Origin: Cetorhinus maximus
Lineage: Eukaryota
Direction: 5' to 3'
NCBI RefSeq assembly: GCF_964194155.1
Contig: NC_135899.1
Coordinates: forward strand, 79,918,001 to 79,982,000
Length of the DNA stretch: 64,000 nt
Shown here: positions 39,028 to 51,334 of the stretch, one piece after another
Numbering within the stretch: position 1 is the stretch's first letter
Layout: every line of letters begins with the position of its first letter
The notes under the pieces: model-generated
The model's input: the letters and a program-made list of their open reading frames with translations, nothing else
What the model was told of the DNA's origin: nothing
Database searches by the model: none
Made by a program: the position numbers and the translations under genes

Positions 39028-39460
39028 CGCTGCCCGCCGCCCCGCGCGATCCCCCCGCCTCGCTCGCTTTCGGTGGGTCGTTCCCTTCCGTGCCCGGCTC
39101 AGCTCGGCCCGGCCCGGCGGCCCCGACCCCCGCTCCCACTCTCGGCCGCTAGGCTTGCTCGCTGTCCCCACCCGGCCGCTCGGCTCGCTGACTCTCGGCT
39201 CCCCTGGCTTGCTTTGGGCGGTGGCGCTCAGACGGCCGCACTGCCGGTGCCGTTGTCGGTGGCGCTGCCGCTCCGCATGGCTGGGTGTGGGTGAGCACGG
39301 CAGCCCGAGCCCGTCTAACGGAGCCTCGGGCCCAGCGCAACACGCGGTCTGACAGAACTACTAGCCATGTTGTGTGGGGGGCGGCGGCAAAACCCGGAGC
39401 GGAGCGGGAGGGGGAGGGGAGCGGAGCCCGGCCTGGGGGGAGGGGCCAGGATGGGGTTTC
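38040..39460 (-). promoter_or_regulatory. CpG island spanning the promoter, 5' UTR and exon 1
   Basis: Non-repetitive, very GC- and CpG-rich sequence against a CpG-depleted background. GC/GA boxes at ~39375-39450. TSS not determinable from sequence. Confidence 0.8.
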
Positions 39461-39499
39461 ATCTCCCTTCAATCAGACGGTGGGGGGGGGTTTCTCTAC

Positions 39500-40330
39500 C
39501 CCCAACACCAAGACCCACTCCCCTGACATTGAGCTCCAACACTGAGCCCCACTCCACCAACAGACCGCCTCCAGGACCGAAACCTTCTCCAACACTGAGA
39601 TCCCAACACCAAGCCCCACTCTACCAATACTGACCCCCTCTCCCGCACCAAGCCCTTCTCGCCCAATACTGAGTCCTATTCTACCAGCACCGACCCCCCC
39701 CCCACTTCCTCAATGCCAAATCCCACTATCCTCCACTGAGAACCACTCCTCTCGCCCAACATAGAACCCCACTATCCTCTCCCACACTGAGCCCTAAAAC
39801 CTACCACCCCAAGACAGATCCCAGTCCCCTTCTCCTGAAACCAAGATCTCCTCCAACACCGAGACCAACTCTCCCCTCCCCAACACCCCACGTGGAGCTC
39901 CACTCCCCCTCACTCTGAGAACCCCTCGCCCAACAAAGAGCCCCACTACCCTGACTGAGATTTCCTCTCTCGATGTGGAGCCTCATTTCCTCCTCCTGAT
40001 AGCAAGAACCATCTCCCCAACATGGATCCTACTCTCCCATTCCACAGACACCAAGACCCACGGAGAGCCCCACTCTCCCCCTCCCTGACACTGAAAACCC
40101 CTTCCTTCCCCAAGATAGAGCCCCTCTCCCCTGATGCCAAGACCCCTTCCCAACATTAATCCCTGCTCTCCAAAAGCAGGCCTTGCTCTTCCCTGCCCTG
40201 ACACTGAGCCCTGCTCTCCCCTCGCCCAACTCTGAGCCCCATTCACCCCAACCCCTCCCCACAAAATCAAGCTCTCCCTTCCCCAAATGTTGAGCCTCAC
40301 TCCTGCTCTCCAACAGCGAGCTTTGCTTTC
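39500..40330. repeat. Degenerate C-rich ~24 bp tandem repeat upstream of the promoter
   Basis: Recurrent 'ccaacactgagccccactctc'-like units (e.g. 39536, 39589, 39783, 40201). Confidence 0.65.
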
Positions 40331-40689
40331 CTCCCTCTCCTGAAAAGACCTTGCATGCTCACTGCAGGCAAGAATCCTGGGTGAAGGGGACATGCCTCAA
40401 GACTCATGTTCTGTGTGCTAGCCCAAAGTTCCACAAGTAGTGGGTACTTCTGGAGTTTTAACAGCTAAAACAACATCTCTACTAGGAGAATCCAGAACAA
40501 GGTTAAAATTAGAGCTAGATTATAGATGATTTCAGGAAGCAAAAGTCAGTGGAATTCTGGGACTCTCGCGTTCAACCCCCAAACTGAATGGCCCATTCCT
40601 GTTCCTATGTCAGCAACTGTACAGTGAGCAGTAAATGCTTTGGGTGTGAACCCTTCTTCTGAACTGAAAATTAAGGCATTCAGATGTAT

Positions 40690-41330
40690 TGCAAAGTATT
40701 TACAGCACAGAAACACCAATCAGCACAACCTAATCACTCTCTAAGTAAGAAGGCTTTTTCTGAATTCCCTATTGGATTTATTAGCAACAATCTTATATTT
40801 ATGGCCCCTAGTGTTGGCCTGCCCAACAAGTTGAAACATCTTCTCTACATGTGCCCTATCAAACCCTGTAGTAGTCTTAAAGATTCCTATCAGATCATTC
40901 CTCAGTTTTCTCTTTTAGAGAAAAGAGCCCCAATGTGTTTGACCTTTCCTGATTGGTATAACCTCTCAGTTCTAGTATTGTTCTCGTCTATCTTTTGAGT
41001 GCCTTCTCCGGTGCTTCAATATCCTTTACATAATATTGCAACCAGAACTGTTCACAGTGCTCCAAGTATGGACTAAGGTTCTATTCAAGTTTCACGTAAC
41101 TCCTCTGCTTTTCAATTCTATCTCCCCAAGAAATGAACCCTAGTGCTTGATTTACTTTAATTTAATTGTCTTATCAAAAGACAACCTGCATCTTTAATGA
41201 TTTGTTTATCTTAATCCCTAAAGTCCCTTTGTTCATCATCCCCATTCAAACCCTTATCTTCCAAGGAGTATGTGGCCTCCTTATTCTTTATCTATATTGA
41301 AATTAATTTGCTATTTACCTGCACATTCTA
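40690..41330 (-). mobile_element. CR1 3' fragment
   Basis: Same subfamily as 970-1930: 'ccagaactgttcacagtgctccaagtatggactaagg...ctctgcttttcaattctat'. Confidence 0.75.
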
Positions 41331-41519
41331 CAATCAGAAAAGAGAAGAATGTATCAAAAGTGTAGATAAACTCAAAGGAACCATGAGTGGAATGTTGTAG
41401 TAGATCCCCTAAAGTCAATTAATTGTCAGACACATTAAGGCATTGAATAAAAACTTCCCATCGCTAGCTGATCCAGAACAACCCTACTTAATAAAGTATT
41501 AGCTTGTAATATCATCTGA

Positions 41520-42310
41520 AGGTTTAGAGGAGAAAAAAACAAAAGGTGAGGGGGGGAGAGAAGGGATGAGATAGGAGGATGAGGGAAGGACAGACGATAA
41601 GGAATTGAAGAGGAGAGGAAAGTGAGGAGGGAGGGGACATGATTGGAAAAAGAGAAAAGAAGGTAGAGTTAGGAGGAAGAGAGATAAGGAGGAGACACCA
41701 GAGAAAAGCGACAGGAGAGAAAAGTGGATAGGGCAAGGACAAAGGGGAGGGAATTTAGGTGAGAGAAGAAAGGATTGATGAGATAGAAAAAGAGAGGTGT
41801 TGGAAAAAAGAGGGATTGGGGAAAAGTAGAAGAGCATAAATGAAATGGAGGAGAGAAAAGGGGAAGCAGGGAAAAAAGTGGGAAGGGAGACAAAATAATG
41901 GGATAGGGAAAATGGAGAGACAGAGAAAAAAGAGTGAGGAAAGGGATTGGAAAAAATAGAGGGAGATAAAAGGTAGAGAGTGAAGAATGAGGGGAGAAAA
42001 GTGAGGAACATAATGTGAGAGAGAGAAAGTGAGCAAGAAAACAAGAGAAGAAATGTGAGAAAAAACAAGGGAAGAGGAAAGAGAGAAAATAAGACAAGGA
42101 AAGAAAATGACAAAGGAAAGAGTGGAAAAAATGAAGGAAGAGAGAAGGCAAAGGAAAAGGTGAATGAGAAAATAAGAGATTGATAGAGAAAAGAGTGAGA
42201 ATGTGGGAGAGAAAATAAAGGGAGTAGACAGAAAATATAGGGAGAGGGAGCTATAAAAACAAGTTGAAAGAGAATATGAACAAGAAGAAAACATGAAAGA
42301 AGGAAGGCTG
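41520..42310. repeat. Purine-rich (GA) low-complexity tract
   Basis: Almost only G/A on the plus strand. Similar tracts at ~48330-48545, 49430-49630 and 50060-50400. Confidence 0.85.
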
Positions 42311-42499
42311 CTGTCCTCTTTCATCAGAAACATCTCAAAGTGCTTCACATACAATTGGCACTATGTCATTTTTCCAGGCTTAAAACAGGTGCCTAAGCAC
42401 CTAATATGGCAAGCGGCATGTTCCGCACTGGAAGCATGCCATCCGCCATATTGGTAAAGGATCTCTTGCTGATGTCTAGTGGCTATGCTTTAAAAATTC

Positions 42500-43597
42500 C
42501 TACAATCAAAAATTGGGGAGACTGAAGCCATTATATTCAGAATCTGACAACAACTTTTTCCCTAGACACCAAATCCATCAAACCCCTGGTCACTGTCTGA
42601 GGCTGAACCAAACCTTTTGCAACCTTATCATCCTATTAAATTGGAAAGTAAGGAAGTTATGCTAAAATTGTATCGAAACTCACTAGACCACACTTAGAGT
42701 ACTGTGTACTACCTAGAGTAATACCTTTATGAAAACCGGTATAGAACCACTGGAGAAGGTGCAGAGAAGATTTACAAAGATGATACCAGAAATGCATTGG
42801 TGTACATATCAGGAAAGGATTGATAGTCTGGATCTCTTCTCTCTTAAAAAAAGAAGGCTGAGAGGTGACCTAACAGAGGTCATTAAAATTATGAAAGGTT
42901 TTGATAGAGTAGATACAAAGAGAATGTTTCCTCTTGTGGGGAAGAACATAACTAGAGGCCATGAATATATGATAGTCACCAAGAAATCTAACAGAATACA
43001 GAAAAAACTTCTTCACTTAAAGAGTGGTAAGAATGTGGAACTCGCTATCACAGGGAGTGGTTGAAGAGAATAGTATAGATGCACTCAAGGGGAAATTAGA
43101 CAAGCATATGAGGGTGAAGGGAATAGATAGTTATGATGACAGATTTGGATGAGAGAAGACGGGAGTTGTTGAGTGGATCATAAACAATGACATGGACTGA
43201 TGGACTGAATGGCCTGTTTCTGTGCCGTCCATAAATCCTGTGTAATCCTTTTTAATCCTATTTGATCTTGACTTGAGTTTTACCTCCTATCGTAGTAAGT
43301 CCCATTCACCCATCAACCCCGTGCTTGCTGACCTACATTGGCTCCCAGATTTCCATCACTGGCAGCCTTTGTTGTCTAGGTCCTAAGCTCTGGACTTCCC
43401 TCCCTAAATCTCTCTGCCCCTCTCCCTCTTTCCTCCATTAAGACACTCCTTAAAATCCACCTCTTTGACCAAGCTTTTCATCATATATCCTAATATATCC
43501 TGATATATCCTTATGTGACTTGGTGTCAAATTTGTCTGATAGTATTGCAGTGAAACATCTTGGAATGTTTTACTACTGTATAAATGTAAGTTGTTAT
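42500..43597 (+). mobile_element. L2 fragment split by the CR1 insertion
   Basis: 'ctgtctgaggctgaaccaaacc...atcctatt|tgatcttgacttgag' is continuous across the insert, followed by 'cccgtgcttgctgacctacattggctccc' and the tail 'ctgtataaatgtaagttgtt'. Confidence 0.65.
42638..43254 (+). mobile_element. CR1 3' fragment nested in an L2 fragment
   Basis: ORF 42729..43064 LEKVQRRFTKMIPEM...RRLRGDLTEVIKIMKGFDRV...TRGH. Flanked by atcctatt at 42630-42637 and 43255-43262. Confidence 0.85.
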
Positions 43598-45059
43598 AGA
43601 TCATTTACATATTCAAATAGTGAGCCTAATACCTGTCTGAAAGCCCCCAAATGAAATTGTGTACCTAATCTGTGGTTAATATTCTCGTATGCTTGGCAAT
43701 CAAAGCAACATTGTCCAGAAGGGCCACTGAAGGCTATCTCCTGAAACATGTTTGAACTGTTTTACTTCCTTTAATATGAAACTGAGATGGAGAGGAGCCC
43801 TCCCATCTCCACATTAAATCCAAGGGCTGCTGCAGGCCACCGCTCAACCCTCTCCCTCCCCAAGTCTGCTCAGCCTCCTCGGCTAGTGTCTGAGTGACCA
43901 AACTTGCTTTTCACCCACTCCTCCCACCACCAATGGGACCAGTGAGCTGCCTCTCAGTCTCACTGCTAATGAACAAGTGTAGCCAGTGAATCAATTTCCA
44001 TTGTTCTAGCACCAGTTTCATGGGCACATGTAGCGAGCGCTGCATTGGGTTTGCGGCTCAATTCCAGCACCATGCAACTTCCAGGATTTTGAAATTCAGT
44101 GAAATCGAAGCCACAAAAAGCAATTAGATGATGACCAGTTAATCTATATCTCATGGCATTAAGCATTATTCCAGGAGAAAACCCTGCACACTTTCTTACA
44201 TTCACCTGAACAGGCAGGTTCTTGGTTTAATGCCCCATTCAAGAGATGTGTTCTCCCAAAATGCAACACTCACTCAGTACTGCACTGAGTTGTCAGCCTG
44301 GATCATATGCTTAGGTCCTTCAGGGGGACTTGAACTGGCCACTGTCCAACCCAGATGTAAGACCATTATGAAGCTAAGCTGAAATTTGGCGTGGGTGCCT
44401 GGACATTACACTCACATGGGAGTTTGCCCACCACAGGAGTGTGCCCCTGAATCCTGCATATACTTTGAACTGAGGGTCCCTGTGATTTTCCAGCAAAGCT
44501 CCCTTGTTGATTTTTGTTATTAATCTTTTAACAGGCCGCCCCAGTTCCCATGGTGACCGTACACCATAGATAAATAGGCATCCCCTGCAACCAAGGTTAT
44601 CTTGACACAAATGTTGGACTACATGGATATGTTGGATGGTATATTGTCAGTGCTGAAATACCCCAGCCAATATTTGGGCTGACATATTTGACACCTTGTC
44701 ATTTCTAATCAGGGTTCTGGGAAGAGGCAGAAAGCCAGTGAAGCAGCTCACAAGCAACTTCCCCCACACTCAATTGCAGTTGGCCCAAGATCCATTCTGT
44801 TGACCTGAATGATTGCAACAGGTAGATGGGGAGAAAAGGGGTGATGCAGAGGTAGGAAAAAACAGGGAGGTGGTAAGAGAAAGATCATAGAAACTAACAG
44901 CACAGAATGAAGTCACATAGCTCATTGTACATGTGATGGCATTTGAAACAGCTATCCAATGAGTCCCTGTCTCCAGCTGTTTTCCATAACCCTATGATAT
45001 TTTTTCCTTTTCAAGTCCTGGTCCAACTATCTTCAAAGGTACATGATGTGAAATGATAG

Positions 45060-45835
45060 CTAGAGCAATTAGCTGGAGTTGGGGTGCATGTATTAGACAA
45101 TTGACTATAATGCAAGAAATTCTATTTTGTCCCTCTACAAAGTCTTGGTCAGGCCTTATTTGGAATACCGTGTGTTGTTTGGCCTCCCCACATGGTGGGT
45201 GATATTGAGGTTTTGGAAAGGGTGCAGACGCAGGCCACTAGTCTAATTCCTCAGTTTAAAGCATCTTCGTTAGTTATCAAGATAGCAAAAAGAGCCACGA
45301 TTCTACACTTTAGAGAGGCATAGACTTGTGATCTGATAGAGGTTTATAAGATGATTGTGTTCGAGTTGATGGTTTGATCCAATTAAATAGATTATGGGGA
45401 CCAGGAGTCACAATTTTATGTTGTATAAGGCCAGATCTGCATTTGATTCCAGGAGATGGTTCTATTGCCAGAGAACTGTAGGCCTCTGGAACAGGCTGAG
45501 TCTTTGTGCGGTGAATGCCCATCACTGAAATTCTACAAGTCAGAACTGGACCTGTTTCTGGTTGCAGCAAATATCACCTTGTACTAAACAGTAGGTATTG
45601 CATAGAATTATCAGGGCCAAAGTGTTCTGCTGAACTAGTTTTGATCACCAAGAGCAGGTCAGAGTGGAACTCTCTGAATTTTTTTCCTCATATTGCTGTT
45701 TTTTCACCTGTCCCAGGAGATCACATGGTTTTGAGTGGGGTGCAGAGTGTATATATTGTGATACATGAAGTATCACAACTATGTGGATCAGGCTGGATGG
45801 ACCATTGGGGTCTTTTTCAGTCTATCGTTGTGTGT
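45060..45835 (+). mobile_element. CR1 3' fragment of a distinct subfamily with a longer 3' UTR
   Basis: 'ccctctacaaagtcttggtcaggccttatttggaatac' (LYKVLVRPYLEY), 'ttggaaagggtgcagacgcaggccact' (LERVQxxAT) and a 3' end 'ggctggatggaccattgggg'. Confidence 0.7.
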
Positions 45836-45844
45836 TTGTATGTA

Positions 45845-46290
45845 ATTATCTAATTCTCTTTTGAAAGTTATTATTGAATCTGCTTCCATCAGCCTTTCAG
45901 GTAGTGCATTCCAGATCATATGCCCTCTGTTTTTTTGTTGTCAATTATCTTAAATTTGAGACCAATGGTTACCAACACTATTGCCAAAGGAAACAGTTTC
46001 TCCATCAAGTTTCTCTATCAAGACCTTCAAGATTTTGAACACATCTATCAAATTTCCTCTTAACCTCCTCTGTTCTAAGGAGCATAATCCCAGTTTCTCT
46101 AGTCTCTCCATGTAACTGTAATTCCTCATCACTGTTACAATTCAGGTAACTCTCCTCTGCACCCTCTCTAAGGTCTTGATATCCTTCCTGAAGTGCGCTG
46201 CCCAGGACTGGATACAAATTCCAGCTGAGGCCTTACCAATGATTTATAAAGGCTTTGCATAACTTCCTTGCTTTTGTACTCTATGGGGTC
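45845..46290 (-). mobile_element. CR1 3' fragment
   Basis: ORFs 45950..46132 ([26 protein letters not shown]) and 46168..46359 (EYKSKEVMQSLYKSLVRPQLE). Confidence 0.85.
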
Positions 46291-46507
46291 AATATTTACA
46301 GGCTGCAGGGAGATGCTGGATATGCTAAAATCAGCCAAAGAACCCAGCAACATCAGCAAGGTCCTCTTGAACTTAACCTAATCTGGAGCTAGATAGAAAG
46401 CAAGGAGGAGTAGGAGAATGGGAGAGATAGAAACATGGGAAAAAATAATGTAGGAACAACAGTATGCCATTCAGTCCCTTGAAATTGCTTTTACTTTTAG
46501 TAGATCA

Positions 46508-47485
46508 TTTTTTTTATTCTTTCACAGGATGCGGGCATTGCTGGCTAGGCCAGCATTTATTGCCCATCCCTAATTGTCCTTGAGAAGGTGGTGGTGATCC
46601 GCCTTCTTGAACTACTGCAGCCCATGTGGTGTAGGTGCACCTGCAGTGCTGTTAGGAAAGGAGTTCCAAGATTTTGACCCAGCGACAGTGAAGGAACAGC
46701 AACATAGTTCCAAGTCAAGATGATGTGAAGCTTGGAAGGAACTTGCAGGTGGTGGTGTTCCCATGCATTTGTTGCCCTTTTCCTTCTAGGTGGTAGAAGT
46801 TGCAGGTTTGGAAAGTGCTGTCCAAGGGGCCTTGGTGAGCATTGGTGGTGTACGGAGTAAATGTTGAAGGTGGTGGATGAGGTGGCAATCAAGTAGGCTG
46901 TTTTGTCCTGGATGCTATCAAGATTCTTGAGTGTTGTTAGAGCTGCACTCATCCAGGCAAGTGGAGAGTATTCCATCACACTCCTAACCTGTGCCTTGTA
47001 GATGGTGGAGAGGCTTTGGAGAGTCTGGAGGTGAGTTACCCACCACAGAATTCCCAGCCTCTGACCAGCTCATATAGACACAGTATTTTTATATGGTTGG
47101 TCCAATTCAGTTTCTGGTCAATGGTAACCCCCAGGATATTGATAGTGAGGGATTCAGCAATGGTAATGCCATTGAATGTCAAGGGAAGATGGTTGGATTC
47201 TGTCTTGTTGGAGTTGGTCATTGCCTGGCACTTATGTGGCGCAAGTTTTACTTGCCACTTATCAGCCTAAGTTTGAATGTTGTCCAGGTCTTGCTGTATA
47301 TGAGCATGGACTGCTTCAATATCTGTAGTCACGAGTGGTGCTGAACATTGAGCAATCATCAGCGAACACCCCCACTTCTGACTTATGATGGAGGGAAGAT
47401 CATTGATGAAAAAAGCTTGGACCTAGGACACTACCCTGAGGAACTCCTACCGTGATGTCCTCAGACTGAGACGACTGACTTCCAA
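46508..47485 (-). mobile_element. Family A CR1-group LINE 3' fragment
   Basis: ORF 46557..46979 MEYSPLAWMSAALTTLKNLDSIQDK and ORF 47036..47221 INILGVTIDQKLNWTNHI. Same tail as 2104-2160. Confidence 0.85.
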
Positions 47486-47489
47486 TACA

Positions 47490-47812
47490 TGGCTGATCTG
47501 TACCTCATCAGCATTTACCCACTTTTTTTAACTCCATATCCCTTGATTCCATTACCCAGCAAAAATCTATCGATTTCAGTTTTGAAAACACCAATTGTCC
47601 CCCAGCATTCATAGCGTTTTGGGGAAAGCTTTCCAGATTTCACTACCCAATGTGTTAAAAACTGCTTCCTGGCATCATCCCCAAATAGCTTAGCTCTAAT
47701 TTTAAGACTATGCCCCCTTGTTCTGGATTTCCCAACCAGAGGAAATAACTTCCCTGCCCTAATGAATCCTTTTATTATTTTAAACACAATTAGATTACCT
47801 CTGAATCGTTCC
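47490..47812 (-). mobile_element. CR1 3' fragment
   Basis: ORF 47515..47814 LFPLVGKSRTRGHSLKIR...FKTEIDRFLLGNGIKGYG. Confidence 0.85.
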
Positions 47813-47819
47813 AACTAAA

Positions 47820-48325
47820 ATAAAAGACTTGCATTTATACATCTCCTTTCAACACTTCAGGACATTCAAAGTGCTTTACAGCCAATGAGGTACTTTTGAA
47901 GTGCAGTCACTGTTGTAATGTAGGAAACACAGCTGCCAATTTGCACACAGTAAGATCCCACAAACAGTAATGTGATAATGACTAGATGATCTGTCTTTAG
48001 TTGTTGGTTGAAGGATAAGTATTGGCCAGGACACCAAGGATAACTCCCCAGTTGTTCTTCAAATTAGTGCAATGGGATCTTTTATATCAGGGCAGACGGG
48101 GGCCTGGGTTTAACAATGCATGTGAAAGATGGCACCTCCTGGACTGCAGAATTCCCTCAGTACTGCCCCTCCAGCAGTGCCGCACAACCTCAGTACTACC
48201 CCTTAATGCAGCATTCCCTCAATACTGCCCCTCTGACACTTCAACGCTCCCTCAGTACTGCATTAGAAGTGTCTGCCTGATTATGTGAGGTGAGAGACTG
48301 CTACCCACTGAGCCACAGCTGAAGG
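47820..48325 (-). mobile_element. Deu-domain SINE with tRNA-derived head and internal tandem expansion
   Basis: Minus-strand head 'tcagctgtggctcagtgggtagc', with Deu core and tail as at 23820-24146. Confidence 0.8.
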
Positions 48326-48586
48326 GCTAAATAAACAACAAGTGAAAGAAGTAAGGGAAAGAAAGAAAGCAAAGGATTGAACGGGAAAAGAAGGGAGAGA
48401 GTTGGAGTGCAACTCATGGACAGAAAGAAGGGAAGTTGGTAAGTGAGGAAAGAAACAGCTAGAATGACTGGAGTGAGGAAGAGAGACAGAGAGGAAAGAG
48501 CAAAAAAAAAGAACAAGAGGCAGAGATAGAGAAAAAAATAACAACTTGTAGGAGAAGCCAGGTGAGCCTCCCCTTCAGCAGGAGTC

Positions 48587-48931
48587 GGTGGCATCATGGC
48601 ATTGTCTCTGGACTGGTAATCTAGACACCCAGGGTAATGCTCTGAGGACCTGGATTCAAAACCCACCACAGAAGATGGTGAAATTTGAATTCAATAAAAA
48701 TCTGGAATTTCAAGTCTTATGATGGCCACATAGCCATTGTCAATTGTCATAAAAACAAATCTGGTTTACTAATCTCCTTTAGGGAAGGAAACCTGCCGTA
48801 CTTACCTGGTCTGGCCTACATGTGACTCCAGATCCACAGCAATGTGGTTGACTCTTAAATGCCCTCTGAGCAAGGGCTAAAAATGCTGGCCTAGCCAGTG
48901 ATGCCCACATCCCATGAACGAATAAGAAAAA
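48587..48931 (+). mobile_element. Full-length tRNA-derived SINE sharing the family A LINE tail
   Basis: A-box 'tggcatcatgg' (48589), B-box 'ggattcaaaaccc' (48652), core 'tttagggaaggaaacctgccgtacttacctggtctggcctacatgtgactccag', tail 'atgctggcctagccagtgatgcccacatcccatgaacgaataa'. Confidence 0.85.
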
Positions 48932-49024
48932 TAGAGAAGGTCTGAAAAAGTAAAACAAGAGGAAGGACATGAAGGAAAAAGCGAAGACTCGAGTAGAGGA
49001 GAAAAACAAAGATGAACACAACAT

Positions 49025-49425
49025 CTTGAATTGAATTTTTACAGCACCCTTAGTGTAAATAACATCCAAAGGCAGTTCACAGGAGTGTTATAAAACAAAA
49101 TTGACACTGAACCGCATAAGGAGATGTAGAGAAGATGGACAAAAGCTTGGTCATAAAGGTAGGATTTAAAGAGTATCTTAAAGGAGAAAAAAGAATTAGA
49201 GAGGCAGAGAGGTTTAGGGAGAGAATTACAGAGCTTAGGGCCTAGGCAAATGAAGGCACAGCCCCCAACAGTGGAGCGATTAAATTCATGGATGCTGAAC
49301 AGGCCAGAATTGGAGGTGGGCAGATATTTTGGTGGGTTGTGGGACTGGGGAGATTAAAGAGTTAGGCAGGGGCAAAACCATGGAGGGATTTGAAAACAGG
49401 AATGAGAATTCTAAAATTGAGGCAG
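49025..49425 (-). mobile_element. L2 3' fragment
   Basis: Collinear with 11560-11950 ('cagagcttagggcctaggcaaatgaaggcac...gatttgaaaacaggaatgagaatt'). Confidence 0.8.
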
Positions 49426-49632
49426 AAAGGGAACAAAGAAGAAAGGACAGGAACAAAAGATAAAAGAAAGGAATAAGAAAGAAAGGAAAGGAACATGGGA
49501 GAAAGGAATTAGGGACTGAGGGAGAAAAGTAGTGAATGACACTGTGGAGTGATAGAGTTGGCAGAGATCAAAGCAGAGGAAAACAATAAAGGAGGCATAG
49601 AGGTAAGACTGGGAAGGGGACAGGAAAACATT

Positions 49633-49915
49633 GAATCATAGAATGGTAAAGCACAGACGACTATTGGTCCACTGGTTTATTTTGCTGCACTGAGTTTCCA
49701 CTAGCTTTAAAGGATAATTCAGTTGGTTGCAGTCCCCTGCTCTTTCTCCTTTTCTCTGCAATTGTTTCTTCTTCAGATATTTATCTAATTCCCTTTTGAA
49801 GGCTATCATTGAATCTGTATCTACCATCCTATCAGTTAGTGTGCTCCAAATCTTAACCACCTGTTGCGTAAAAAAGTTTTTCCTCATGTCGTCTCTGGTT
49901 CTTTTAATTGCCAAT
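49633..49915 (-). mobile_element. CR1 3' end
   Basis: TRDDMRKNFFTQQVVKIWSTL...AFKRELDKYL within ORF 49636..50259. Confidence 0.8.
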
Positions 49916-50554
49916 CGTCTTAAATTAGGAACAAGAAAAACATTGGGGTGGGAAGGGAGTTGGAAACAATGGTATGGGAAAATGTTACAGGAGAAATTTT
50001 TAAAATCGGGAAAACTGAGTGAGGGAGCACTAGGCCAGCAGAAAATCCAATGGTGCCAGGAACAGCACAAGAGAGTCAGACAGACAGCGAGAGGGGGAGA
50101 GAGTAAGAGACAAATAAAGAAAGACAGAGAGAGAGAATGAAAGACACAAAGATACAGAATGAATGATACAGAGATACAGAGAGAGGGAGAAACAGAGTGT
50201 GAGATGTGTGAAAGAGAAGAACAAAACAGAAACACAAATAAATAAATAGCCAGAAACAAATTGCAACAAAGAGAAAACTAACACAAGATGTGAGACAGGA
50301 GGTAGAGAATTTGTAGGATACATGGGAAGCAAAACATATTTTAGGAAGAAAATTGAAAGAAAAATTAGAGTTAAATAGGTAGAACAAAAAGGTAGATAAC
50401 AAGGACACCACCAAAAATTCCCATTTTATACTCATATGTTTCAAAGACTGTGCTGCCCCTCTGAGTATGGATTTTATTGATTATGTTCACATTTCTTGAT
50501 GACGAGTGATGTTCCACAGACTCTGCATTAGACTTCTGTTGTTTACTGTATACA

Positions 50555-51325
50555 TAAATGATCAGTGCAGAAACTGAGGGAACAACATTAAAGTTTGTTG
50601 ATAACACCAAATGGCAAATTGCAATGATGACTGTGAAGCCTCAGGAGGGTTTAGATTGGATGAGCAGGATGGGCAGCTGGACAGGATGGACAGATTGGAT
50701 GATGGAGATAGGCAGTTCAGAGAGAGTTGCAGTTCAATGTAGAAAAACGTGAAGTGGTACATTTTAGAAATAAGAATAGGGAAAGAAAAATGCTCAGATT
50801 TTAAATGGAGTAGAGGACAGAACACAAAGTGATGAGATAATGTTGAAATTGTGCAAGGCTTTATTTTAGCCACAAGTGGAGTATCATGAATTTTGGGCAC
50901 CCCATTATAATACGTATGTAAAAGCAATGGGACAGGTGTAGATTTACTGGAATGTTACCAGGAATGAGAGGTCCAAGTTACAAAGAGAGAAGAGGAAGCT
51001 AGGGGCCTTTTTTCCATTGGAGCTGATAAAATTAAAGGGTGACTTGAAGGTCGTTTTCAAGATTATGATAAAATGAATAGTGGCAGATTGTTTCTACTAG
51101 TCAGTGAGATGATAACAAGATGGCAAAATTTAATGACAGAAAGAATTAAAGCAGAGGTTAGAAAAAAATATTTACACAGAGGGTGGTTAGAGTGTGGAAT
51201 TCTCTGCCACAAACCTTTGTTGGAACAGAGCCAATCAATTCTTTCAAAAGAAAATTAGATATAGCTGCTTGAAAAACAGGAATCTTAAAGAGTATGGGGA
51301 AAAGGAGATGGGATTAGACTAGATA
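50555..51325 (+). mobile_element. Old CR1 RT fragment
   Basis: KFVDNTK (KFADDTK), 'gcagttcaatgtagaaaaacgtgaagtggtacatttt' (QFNVEKCEVVHF) and 'gtgtggaattctctgcc'. Confidence 0.7.
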
Positions 51326-51334
51326 GAAAGAAAA

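Noticed and set aside
39028-39171. 48-codon N-terminal extension of the ARID1 ORF from a GTG
   Set aside because: No similarity to ARID1 that I can recognise. The ATG at 39027 has a strong Kozak context and gives the expected MAA start.
38068-39352. Plus-strand ORFs overlapping exon 1
   Set aside because: Antisense shadows of GC-rich coding sequence, with no recognisable domains.
41499-42354. Hydrophobic Phe/Leu/Ser ORFs resembling membrane proteins (also 49636-50444)
   Set aside because: They are translations of the pyrimidine strand of GA-rich low-complexity tracts.
48587-48670. tRNA gene
   Set aside because: A and B boxes are present but there is no cloverleaf, and the sequence continues into a SINE core and LINE tail.
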